Shown one piece after another: positions 1 through 11,634 of a stretch of DNA of 64,000 nucleotides. Numbering within the stretch: position 1 is the first letter of the stretch; each line of letters opens with the position of its first letter. The position numbers and the translations under genes are program-made. A model generated the notes under the pieces. That model was not told the DNA's origin and did not search any database. It saw nothing but the letters and a program-made list of their open reading frames with translations. This stretch comes from Vicugna vicugna. Taxonomy: Eukaryota. The stretch covers positions 5,516,963 through 5,580,962 of the forward strand of contig MU061579.1 of assembly GCA_013265495.1 (NCBI GenBank), written 5' to 3'.

Positions 1-1103
1 CTCAGAAGAGTTCAGATCCTTTTGCATTCAATGACAAGTGACAATGATAAAACATTTCGTATGGAGAAACTGAAAATTGATCAACATAATGCAAACAGAA
101 ATTGAATCTCTATAATAGCAATTGGACAAAATAACTTACTATATCTTCCTAGACAAGGGTCTTAAAAATCAATTAAATTGAAATGTTTCTAATGAAAAAA
201 AATTCTAGTCACCTCTTAGACACATATGTTCTCAATTATTTGAGACAAAATTAGCAAGTATAGAATTATTGTACGTAAGTCAAACTGCTGACAAAGTAAA
301 TGCAAAACAGAAACTCAAATATCTTCAGTAGCACCATCTTAAATTACAACATTGCATGACTGTAATGGGACAAACTACCAGCAGAGGGATGGCTTTAGTA
401 TTAATTTAAGACTGAAGCAAATAGGAGCCCCAAACACAGGCCAAACAAAATGTAATTAATATGAGACCTTCATGAGAGTCAACTTGCACAATTGCAGGTG
501 CAGTGAGTATTAAAATATTGAACTACAATATGTGTGTCATGGTTGGTAGAATAGTATATGATAGTAATTGCAGTGTGTGAAAATTATTTAATATTCCATC
601 ACATACACATGACTCATCTAGCACACAGAACCTATTCTATAATCTAGTTTGGAGATTGCAGCACAGATTTGGGATGTATCTTGCTGTGGGGTTAGGGGTA
701 CAGGGCTGAGAGCGCTGCAGAAATTTTAATTGTGTCAGATGTGAAGAGTTGCCTTTAGGTTGAAAGGTCTTGGAAAGGGAATGAGGGTGTTCTGCAAAGC
801 GGAGGAAGGCGCATTGTGTATCCCCTCACACACAAACACACAAAAATGCTTAGCCCTGTATGGGCTCAGGCTCTAGCTGTGGAGGACCCAAGGAGATTGA
901 AAATTTATTGTGCAGGGTGCACATGTGTGGAGACTTAATTCCTTGGATACATTTTAGGTTCTTTGCTAATTTGAAAACTATCCCTTTGGAGTGGTGGCAA
1001 GGACAGGTGGGGGCCCTTTTGGCTTCTTGTGTTAAGGTCTGTGCGGAGAGAAACAGTCCATTTTATCCATGTTAACAGGGTACATACATACATCCTTTCT
1101 TAC

Positions 1104-1330
1104 CTTTTCCTGCAAGGCCAAGGAGCCTCCCTCCAGCTCCCCAATTCCCCTTCCCCTGCCTGCTCGCTGCTGTGCCCTGGAACAGGTTTTTCAAGAGAAC
1201 CCTCGAGTGTTGACTCAGTCTGTCAGTAATCAGCACTTAAACTTTCTTTGCTATCTCTTCCCTTTTTCTTCTCCTTTTTTTTTACTCTAGTTTAACAACA
1301 GAGCCTCAGCCAACAACTGCCTCCGTGCAG
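1104..1330 (-). other. Candidate non-coding (5' UTR) first exon of an unidentified minus-strand transcript; 5' boundary approximate
   Basis: Near-consensus donor on the minus strand, GAAAAG|GTAAGA (GT at 1103-1102). The segment is richer in GC and purines than the background, lacks a strong upstream polypyrimidine acceptor, and sits beside a TF motif cluster. No recognisable ORF. Confidence 0.5.
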
Positions 1331-1480
1331 GGAACCAGCTGTTTACTGAGTCGGGCTGTGCAAGGCACACAGCTGTCCTACTCCCCTGATTGAGTCAGGC
1401 TAAAGGAGTCAACTCCTGTGTCTGGAAACTAGGTCAGTATATGCCCACCCACCTGCCTCTCTCATGACTTCCTCCTTAAT
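1205..1480. promoter_or_regulatory. Putative promoter/enhancer with AP-1, E-box, FOX and ETS motifs
   Basis: TGACTCA 1211-1217, TGAGTCA 1391-1397, CAGCTG 1336-1341 and 1370-1375, TGTTTAC 1340-1346, ACTTCCT 1467-1473. A further TGACTCA lies at 610-616. Confidence 0.5.
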
Positions 1481-2802
1481 TGATCCGAGTGCTCTTCACC
1501 CTCACTGTAGGAATGTAATCAGTGTCCAGATTAGAGGATCCTGACTTGGTCGAGGGAAAAGGATGGTGAAAAAGGAGTGAAAGCATGGAGGGCAGTGGGA
1601 AGACTAAGATTAAGATGGGAGGGAATGTCTTCAGTGTCCTTCGGTATCTGTCAGATACCTGTCACTAATGATGTCATTTAATGGTGAAGTCTATGAAGAG
1701 ATTAATATGACTCCTTATAGCTGCATAGCCATAGCTGTATCACAGGGAAGAGTCAAACCATAACTTCTATAAATCAGTAGATGGCTGGAAATTATTAGAA
1801 TAAGTTAGACTAAATTGATTAATTTATGCCATAACTTAAGTCACATGTTATACACTTTTCAAAAATATAGTTTAAATTATTTCAATAACAAAAGGTATGT
1901 TATATGGCGATTCACATTTATATTGCAGTATTGATTATGCAGTATCCTGAATATTAACCAAGTACCTAAATGAGCATTTTTAAAAGTTTCTGACTTGGAT
2001 CTAGATATGTTAACAATTTTGAAAAGCACAGAAAATTGAAATGGCTTGAAATGTCTCAGTTATTGTGTATAAATTTGAAATTCTTCCAATAATCTTGGAA
2101 TGGTCAGGTTACAAGTAAACTAATATTATTTAACTATATAAAGAGTTTCTATATAACTATATGCTTCTAGTTTATTGCAGATGATAATAACTTAATAATA
2201 CTATTTTCCTTATGAAATGACAAGTATGAGTATCAGTATATTAACTGATGTCAACTGAACTTATAAAAATGCTTTTCTCAGGGCAGAGCACATAATCAAC
2301 AGATTTTAATTTCTGTAGACATGGGAAAGATATGTATAAGCAAAGAATGAAAGTAATTTGTCACCAGCTTTGGCTTTGTTTACTCTTTTTATATTGTTAT
2401 CTTTTTGTTCTCATTTCTGGTTTTATATGGTAGATTTTAAAACTGAAAGAGACAGAAAAATAAATTGATATAGCTGTAACCAGGTATGGAAGGTCTATTA
2501 TCTAGAGAGTTTTAAAATGGGATGTTACTTGCATTTATCTGTATCTCCATTTTTCTTTTAACTTCAAAGTTTCATAAAGGAGAGGTCAATTCTTGATTTA
2601 ATACTTTTCTGAAATTTGTTGGTCTGAGGTCATCCATTGTTCAGGGATTCCTAAAGAATTTATTCTTGTCTGATAGGAAGTCTTGTTCTCTTTTTTATGG
2701 TAAAGGAACCACATTTCATCTCACAGCAGACATAGGCTTGCTTTCCTGGAGTAATTCCTCACCCCATGATTTTGCTTCTTGCCACTTTTATCTCAAGACT
2801 AG

Positions 2803-3450
2803 TGAAACTGAGCAATCCCCGGATGGGCTTTCTCAGTAACAGACCCCTTCATGTTCTCCACGCCTCACTGAAAGAAAAACTTCAGTCTCCTGAACCCAGT
2901 TGAGTTTCAGAAGGTCTGGCTCAAGAGTTAATGATCAGAGGAATGAGAACATTCAGAGACAAAGAACAGCTGTCAGACAGGAGAACTGGTAACAATTTAA
3001 ACAAAAGGTCAGCCATATACTAGAGCCACAGGACTTCAGTTCATCCCTGAAGGACATAGATAGCACCATCTGACACACATTCCTAAGTTCTTATGGAAAC
3101 CAGTCTCCCACCAGATGAAAACTGCTGACTGGAGGCATGTAGAACTCAGTCTGGTTAGAACCAGAAGGTTGATGATTGAGATTCCTGAAACATCACCCTG
3201 TTACCTCACCATCCACCAATCAGACAGCTGAGCACAAGCTGATCTCACACCCTGCTACTCTTTTCCTCACAGTCTTTCAAAGCCCTAACCTAGAGCTGTT
3301 GGAGAGTTCATGGCTTTTGAGCACAAGGTACCCATTCTCTTTGCTTGGCACTTTGCAGTAAACACTGTGATTCCTTTCACCACAACCTATTGTCGGTAAT
3401 TTGGCTTTGCTATGCGTTGGGCAAGCTGACCCAAGTTTGGTTTGGTAACA
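2803..3450 (+). mobile_element. Solo ERV1-class LTR (~648 bp)
   Basis: TG...CA termini (tgaaactgagca...tttggtaaca). Flanked by ctag/ccag, a 4-bp TSD with 1 mismatch. Both ends are homologous to the LTR at 48805-49456. Confidence 0.85.
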
Positions 3451-3619
3451 CCAGGATAGGTTATTTGGTTGATGCTGACATAAGACTTTGTCCTCTCTCT
3501 TTTTCCTTCTAGAGCACTTAAATTGTTTAGCATGGTTATTTGTTTAGTGTTTGATCCACCCACCAAAGTGAAGTCAGTGTTTGTGATGTGAAATTCTCAG
3601 TACTAAGCATTTTATATTT

Positions 3620-3770
3620 GTTAATAACTAACTCATTTAATCCCATGAAGTGGTAATTTCAACAGATGAGGAAACTGAGGAAAGAAGCTACTAGCCCATG
3701 GTCATGGAACTAAGTGGTGGACTTGGGTTGGCTTTTCCAGAGCCAACAATGTTAGTCTACAAGCTACACA
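3620..3770 (-). mobile_element. MIR SINE fragment
   Basis: MIR core 'acagatgaggaaactgagg', preceded by 'ctcatttaatcc'. Confidence 0.75.
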
Positions 3771-6700
3771 GGCTCTGATCTTGAATAGTCAGCTTCAAGG
3801 GACAAGGCCCGCCTATTCTTGCCTGTGCTATATCCCAGTGTATAGCACAGCATGTACATTTAAAATGCAATCAAACAGCTGTTAAATGAGTTATTAATCG
3901 TATTTTCACACTTTACTAGGATAAAGACAACCATTATTAAACATTGTGAGCTCCTAGGGAAAATCATTGGGGGCAGTCTAGAAAAGCACTTAAGACCAGG
4001 GGTCATATCGGTCACCAGTCATGTGATCTAAATATAATGATATGAGGATATAAATAGAATTTACATCATAGAATTGTAGAGAGAATAATAACATGCAGTG
4101 TCTGGTACAGAATTTGTTCCCAATTAATGTTAAATATCTGTTAATACCATAAAAGTTCATGGTTTGTTGCAGTAAAAGGATTCAATAAAATATTTATATA
4201 TATAAGACTTAGATCTGTCTTTAAGTCGGGAAAAGGCAAAAGTGTCTTTCAGTATTACAGCAAAGTGAAATTTCCTACCAGAGAATTCATTTGTGGGTAT
4301 TCGGTGCAATCCTTTATCCATTAGATCTACAGATATTTATTAAGCACTAGTTACAATTATAGGCATTTTGATTGTTACTGAGATACTGGAGAGAGAAAAA
4401 CATTTTTCATGGATCATACAGTCTTATGAGAAGAAAGGTGAATACTCATTACAAAGTCAGACATAGGACATAAGACATACAGAGCAGTGTGGAAACAGTA
4501 AATGATGTTTTAGATGACTAGAAATATACTGAAACAATAGCATACATCTATTGATTTCTAGAATGTAACAGAAAAAAAAGAGGAAAAACAATTCAAAATA
4601 AAGATGTAGATGAAGGGCCTGATTATTGGGCTCTTGTCATTCATGTGAACATTCTTGACATTTATTTCAAATCCTCAGACACTGCTTAACCATGCTAAGT
4701 CAGGGAGGAAACTGTGATAAACTGCAAAACATCATACTTGACCTGGATCCCATCTTAATGTTAGGTTCATCCCATTAACAGAGAAAAACCAAATAAGCTC
4801 TAACTTTATAAACTGCAAATGAAGTATAGCCATGTTTTTGTAACTTGTCCATTGTCTTTTACTTAAAAGGTATGATTTGAATGTAGTATGTTTTCAAACA
4901 ACTGTATAAGTAGGTCTACATGCCTGCACTATTTTCTATACCTTCCAAATCTGATATAATGTTACGTACACCAGTAAATGGACCTCAGCCACTTCCTATT
5001 TTGCAAGTGCTCAGCATTTCAGTCTCCAGTTCCCCAAGCAACGTCGCCAATCCAAATTCTCATGGCTGTATTATGGATCAAGTTTCCTTGTATTTTGACT
5101 TCTTAATTCAGTGTCCATTGTTCAGTGGCATGTTCTTCCTCATGATTTCTCCCACCGCAAGCCCAGTTGTTTCCTGGATTTGTTACACAGAGCAGTTTTG
5201 CTCTGCTCCAGTATCTCCTTTAAAAACTTGTGTACCTGTAGCCATCACTCCACTCAGCAAAAAAAGAGCCCTCTTGTTTCTCGAACTGACCCCTTAGAAA
5301 CTAGTGCAAGTTATGTCACAATTATAAATACACACACACAGACTCACAGACAACACAGATCTGACTTGATTGTTAGCCAGAACAGATGGATTATATATAA
5401 TTATGAAGTATTATCTGTTTTCTTGTTAAAAGAATGATCTTTATTTTTTCCTTATAACTATTTGAAATATTACATTTACATTAGCTTTATATTTTAACTT
5501 GGAAACAGTCATAATTTTTTTATAACTCTTAGAACACCTTAACATAAATATTTGTGAGAAGAGATTTGTTTAAGCTTCTGTACCACAAGTGCTCAAAAGT
5601 AGCTGCGGGAATTGCACACAGACAACTAGACAGATACTACTCTGGAAGAGCCCTTGGCGACAATGGACTAATTAGTCTAATTATGCTCTTCTAAATAGTT
5701 TGTTTTGGACCTATCTTATGGATACAGATTCTTGTTAAAGCATTTCAAAGAAGGCTTGTTTTCTTCAAGTTTCATGAAGTGTTTCATTACATTAATAAGA
5801 ACCTTAGAGTATTAAAAAAAAAAAGTGCAGCTTTCATCTGAGTCATGAAAAGGAATACATAGAATTACCTATAAAGCAGATGGCCCGTTAATCTAAACAA
5901 CGATCATTCCAGGTACCCAGAGACACAAAGACAATTATTTCAGAAACATCAAATTTTGAAATTTACTCAATTTACAGTAAAAGCAAAAATGAGATACACA
6001 TTTCCCAGAGGAAGCCCAGAGCTTGTGAACATTTTTATTTTTATCATTAACTGTAATACAGAGAGCATACAAAACAGCAGTAAACAATTGTGAGTGATCT
6101 TTTTTCTTTGGAAAATAAAAATGCTCATATTGCTTTTGTCATTAAGCAGACAAAAAACCAGAAAACTTGATTAAGCCCTTCTGTCCTCAGCTAACGTCAC
6201 ATTATTTCCTTGAACTCTAAGCTTTGTAATGGTGTATCGTACTGAAACTTTCTTTTTTATTAATCTTCCCATTCACCCCTGAATTTACTACTACTGATTT
6301 TTTAAATTCTAGTGGTTATTGTCAAATTCAGTAGATAGTTTTGTTCTTTGTGTTATTGATGTCTTTCTGAAACTGTTAGTGTTAATTCATTTCTTTTTCC
6401 TTGAAACATTCCCTTATGGTAAAACTTTCTTCTGGTCATTTTCTTCTATCTCTAGCTTCTCTTTTTCATTATACTCCTTATTTTACTTTTTTTCCCATAA
6501 CTTTTTAGTAATTCCATAAAAATCAGTCCTTGGTCAACTGTTCTTATTCTACAGTCTCCCAAAGGAAATGACTCAACTGCCACTCAGATTAATCCCCGGG
6601 TCCTCTGGGGATACAGACTTTTACATTCAGTGCAACAGCAGCCACACCCTAATTTAGACAACTTCAGCCATTTCTCTAAGTATATACCCACCACTGTAGT

Positions 6701-7289
6701 CACTCCAGTCCATTCTCCATCAAACCATAAGAGAATTGTTTTGTAAATTGCAAATCACTTGTTCAAAATTCTTTAAATTTCATACTTTTCAGGAAAGATT
6801 GCAAACTCCTTACTTTTGTGCATATGAAATACAGCCCCCTTTTCACCAATTCTGTAAAATTTTTTTTATCATAAGCTGTTTAATTAAATCACATGAAGTT
6901 TTCCCCTGTTTGTAAAACACTACCCTTTTCAGCTTGAATTGAGCAGCAACTGTTTGCCAAACACCTTCCATAGGCACTGGACCTACAAAGAGAAATAAGA
7001 CATAAATTCTTCTGTTTGGGAGCTCTCAGTCTACTTGAGTGACGATGCCAAATAAGATAATTACAATAAAGAGTTTAAAGTGTTATAATAATGGAGAGAT
7101 GTACATATTATTTAAGAGGAGAAAGACTGGTGTGGCTTCCAAGAAGAGAAAATACATATATTGAGTCTTAAAGAATTCAAAAAGTTTAGGTGAAAAACAA
7201 GATAAAAATGGGATACTTAAGGATAGGGATCATTTAAAAAATTTTTATCTAGCTATCTAGCTAGCTGTGTATGTCAATCAAACTTTTAT

Positions 7290-7915
7290 CTGTAACCTGG
7301 TACTTTCTCTGAGCTATGACTTTTGTTTTAGCTCTCAGTATCTCCACTTGATGTCTGATATCTACTATTGTCATCAATATTTAATATTGACTAATGTCTA
7401 GTACTAATCTCTAAAACCAGTGGTCTCCAAATGTTCCTGTGTCTTTCTTACAACTTTCTATATTCACACTCTCCGCTTCTCAGAAAATGGGAGCTCCATT
7501 CTTCTAGTTGCATAGGCCAAAAACTTTTAAATCACCTTGATTCCAATCTGTTTGCTCTTTTCTCCATCTAGAAAATACTTTCCCCATCTCACTGTTTACT
7601 GCCTCATCTTCTTCAGATTTTTTGCTCAAATGTCCTTGTTGTTTTTCTGAAACTTACCCTAATTATTAGATTTTTAAACTGCAGACACTTTCCCAGCCAT
7701 CTTTGTTTCCCATTCCTGCTGTATTTACTTCTGAAGTACTTACCATGTGATATGTTATATGTTTACCACTTGTTTGCTTATTAAACATCTTCTCCCACTG
7801 AAGTGTATACCCTGTGAGAACAGGCGCTTTTGTCTGCTTGGTTCACTGCAGTATAGCTAGTAATCAGGGAGTTACCAGCACATATTAGGTATTTATGAAA
7901 TATTTGATAATTGAG
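7290..7915 (+). mobile_element. L2 LINE 3' fragment, heavily decayed
   Basis: L2-like motifs 'ctccatccttctagttgc..aggccaaaaact' and 'ccctgtgagaacagg...cttggttcactgc', plus an L2-type terminus. Confidence 0.6.
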
Positions 7916-8184
7916 GCAGTAGATATGTGAATTCATTATCAAACCATATTGCTGTTTTGTAAATGGTAGGGCTGTCTGAAAATACGAAGTTAAATGAACT
8001 GTACGGAAGTATTTTCCTACTGTATTCTAAAATAACTAAATCAAACCTAAAATAGCTCCTCTGTTGATAGAAGGTCTTTTGGATCTTGTACTTTTTTATT
8101 GAAATAAATAATAAATGGTCTTTGTCACCATGTATCTGTGCTTTTAAAAAATGTTTTAAAGAGGTACTCTGATAAACATTTTTT

Positions 8185-8330
8185 ATGTATTGTTTCATTT
8201 AATTCTTGCAACCAGCCTATGAGATAAAGTAGATTAGTTGACTCAGTTAAGATTTGCAGAGCTTATGAACATGGCTGACTTGGCAAAGGAAAAGTTTGAA
8301 TCCAGGCAGTCTTACCCCAGAGCACATTTA
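8185..8330 (-). mobile_element. MIR fragment
   Basis: 'tcatttaattcttgcaaccagcctatgagata' and 'tttgaatccaggcagtct..cccagagc'. Confidence 0.6.
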
Positions 8331-10189
8331 AGCTACTCTCCTTTATACAGCTTGATGCATGTAAAAGAACAGCGGTAATGAATACAACTTTGTCTCCATA
8401 AAATTAAACCACTTTGGATTCTTCCAAAGTCCCAATTCTGTAGAAAATATCTTGATAACCATATATTTTTTAAGCATAAGTCAACTTCTTATGGCGTTAG
8501 GGAAAATGAAGACCAATGTTATATAGCCAAATCCTCTATATTTTATATACATATTTGGGCATATTTATTTAAAAAAATGTCTGGATATAGTCATATTTCC
8601 TTTGCTTTCTTTGTTAACGTTGTATGAAGATTTGCTGTTTAACTATTAAAAGACACAATTTTTTAATCTAGGTAAACTATCTTCTTCATTCAGTTTTCCT
8701 CAGTAAATCATACCAGTTCTTTGCTACCACATCTCATGAGTTAAAAAGCCTCTGGTCATGTTCAAGTTCTAGTTTTTAGTTAAAAAGTTTTAATGGATTG
8801 AATTTAAAAATTACTCTAAAATATTCAACATCTCTTTTCACCTTGTCTTTGTACTTCACCTTCAAAAAACACTTTGATAATCTCTGATGGTAAAGGTCTG
8901 TGTAGATCTATTTATTTCTAACTGTTTCAAAGAGCTGAACCGGTAGTCTCCTCTGGCCCAGATTTAATTAAATACAGGTAGAATTTCTAATTTTCCATCA
9001 AGTTGATTTAGCAATATTGTATTCCTCTAGAGCAGTTTGGCTTTTTGTTGTTGTTGTTGTTTTTACTTGACAGCTTGTGTCAAAATCGATTCTGATTCCA
9101 AACAGATGGAATTTTCCCCTTTATTTTGCATGCTTAACTACCCAAAGACCTACACTAGACAAGATGCAGCTAACTCTTCCTTCTGATGATTCTTGTCTTA
9201 GGCATTTCAAACCTCAGAGTTCCCTCCTGAGAAAATTATGCTCAGTCACTATAACTTCTAAGTAAATGGATTTGTCTTCAAATGTGGTGGGATCTGTTTT
9301 TCTTCTTTGTGAACAGCAGATTATTCTCCTTTGTACTAAATTAATGTCTGAGGGAAAAGAATATCAGAAGTTTGGCTCACACAATATTCCATTTCCTTGT
9401 CAGTGTCTACCAGGTCTTTTTGGCAGAAACAAAAAGGAATCACAAGCCACTTTGAATAAAACGTGCTGTATTAATCAAAAGGAAACACCAACACATTAAT
9501 TTCACTTCCACAGTGTTAAAATTGTAGCCATGACAAAATATGGACTTAAAACATTGCTTTATAACAATGTCTTCAATAAGCCCAGTGCTTTACCAAAATG
9601 TTACACACCTCATGTTTGTAATTAAGCTGCCATACTTGCATTGAGTTACTCCAAATTCTTTTTCATTTGTAAGCAATACAGACTTTTAAGTTACATCTAC
9701 TGAGTTTTCCTATAGGGAAAAAAAAAAGAAAAAAAAAACTAAAATCTGCAGGCAGATGGTCAAGCCTATTTTGAAAGCCAGACTGAGAGTGTTGAACCTC
9801 CCAAGTTTTCTGACGTTTTTTCCCTGCGGTACGTACTGGTACACAACACATGTTCCGGTGGGAGGACAGGTTTGTCATCCCCTCGTGGACTAGCTCTGAT
9901 GTATGGACAAGTAGTGGTGGAGGGAGGATTTCCTTTTCACCTCACTAGCTTTCACTGTTAGTTCAGTTTAAGGCATCTTTTGAAGGTTTTAATCCATTGA
10001 AAAAAGGGGTTGTCTTTTCAAGGTAGGTAAGGTTTGAGTAATCCTTGAGGTGACCAGTACAGCAAACTATGAACAAAATGCCCTGAATTCATGGATTTAA
10101 CATAAATTCTGAATGTAGTTAATGAATAATTTCTCACTTGAATGGAAATGGGAAAACTGTCTGAATTGGCTCATCTTCTTTTAACTCTT

Positions 10190-10785
10190 TATCAATTAGC
10201 TTTTGAGACATATAACCACTTCAAAACTTAGTAGCTTAAAACTGCACATTCAGAGTACAATTCTGAGAGTCAGTAACTTGGGCTGGGCTTACCTGCGTGA
10301 TGCAAATAGTCTCCACTTGGTTCTCTCATTTTTGTGCAGTCAATCACCAGCCCTATTCATCTGGGATAGCCTCAAAGAATGACCACCCTCTACTCCCTGG
10401 ATTTTCATCCAGCTGAGTAATTTTGTTTATCTAATAATTCTGTTGTTGAGCAAAAAGAGTAAGCACCAAGATATAAACACTCTTCAAGATTCAAATAGTC
10501 TCCACTTGGTTCTCTCATTTTTGTGCAGTCAATCACCAGCCCTGTTCATCTGGGATAGCCTCAAAGAGTGACCACCCTCTACTCCCTGGATTTTCATCCA
10601 GCTGAGTGGTTTTGTTTATCTAATAATTCTGTTGTTGAGCAAAAAGAGTAAGCACCAAGATATAAACACTCCTCAAGCTTTGGGTTACATCACGCTTGCC
10701 AGTGTCTCCTTGGCCAAAGTAAGTCCTATGGCCAAATCATAGGAGGAATAGAGCCATATGAGCATTTCTATAATCTGTCAGTGAC
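10190..10785 (-). mobile_element. Old MaLR (MLT1-type) LTR carrying an internal tandem duplication
   Basis: MLT1-like start 'aaccacttcaaaacttagtagcttaaaa' and MLT1-like end 'ttggccaaagtaagtcctatggccaa'. Confidence 0.65.
10303..10680. repeat. Tandem duplication, 2 x 189 bp
   Basis: Copies at 10303-10491 and 10492-10680 both start 'caaatagtctccacttgg'. About 6 substitutions and no indels by eye. Confidence 0.97.
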
Positions 10786-11374
10786 TCCCTGCCTTTATCA
10801 ATGTGCTGTAATCAACTAAGCTGTCTATGACTTATAACCTTGCTCTTCTCCACAAGAAACTTGTATCAGTTCCTTCAAAGATAATCCTATGACTAACTCT
10901 AGTCCTCCAAATACTGTAAGTATCCTTTCTAACAACCTTTGTTGTTGTTGTTACACTCCATGGTTATCCTGAGGTGCATTTTCTCTTGTTGTAGTAAGCT
11001 GCTAAAATTTAATTGGTTGGACTAATGATATATTCCTGTGGTCTTTGATCAGTGAGCTTTATTAGCATATGTTGAGCCTCTGTCAAGTGTTAGACAATGT
11101 GCCGGATGATAGCATGCAAACATACGTAAGGAATGGTCTCCATCCTTGAGGATTTGATAGTCTACTTGGCAAGACTGTTCTAAAATTTAAATTATGAATA
11201 CTATAACATGGGTGATATGCTTTTGTGGTCCAGGAATGTGTGTTTTACAGGAGTTATTATTCAACCCTTAGCAAGTGAATTCTTAATGAGGATTTGATCC
11301 CTTCCTTATGAAGAAAGAATCCAAAAAATGACATGGAATCAAGGAGCACATTTACTTCAAATATATATATCATC

Positions 11375-11393
11375 TGCTGCCTCCTGCTGGTAG
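11375..11393 (-). promoter_or_regulatory. CTCF-like binding motif
   Basis: Minus strand reads CTACCAGCAGGAGGCAGCA, close to the CTCF core CCASYAGRKGGCRS with one mismatch. Confidence 0.6.
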
Positions 11394-11463
11394 TATGATT
11401 TTACCAAAGAATCCACAGCAGAAGTTTTCCAGTTTTAGTGGATCCTCTCCCAAAAGAATTACT

Positions 11464-11634
11464 TTTTGTTTATTTGTTTCAGTTCTTCTATTTCTTTAAC
11501 TTTTAACTCTCTTTTTGGGGTGGAATAATTAGGTTTATTTATTTATTTATTTTTAGAGGAGGTATTAGGGACTGAACCCAGGGCCTCATGCATGTTAAGC
11601 ATGCACTCTACCACTTGAGCTGTACCCTTCTCTC
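11464..11634 (-). mobile_element. tRNA-derived camelid SINE (Vic-1-like)
   Basis: Minus strand has A box 'tacagctcaagtggtaga', B box 'gggttcagtccc', (AAAT)n, 'aaacctaattattccacccc' and an A-rich tail. 13-bp TSD caaaagaattact (11451-11463) / caaaagcattact (11635-11647). Confidence 0.9.

Noticed and set aside
10303..10680. CRISPR-like array or other prokaryotic system
   Set aside because: Only two long adjacent copies with no spacers, in clearly mammalian DNA with no cas-like ORFs.
11560..11634. tRNA gene
   Set aside because: The A and B boxes belong to a SINE head followed by a SINE body, A-rich tail and TSD.
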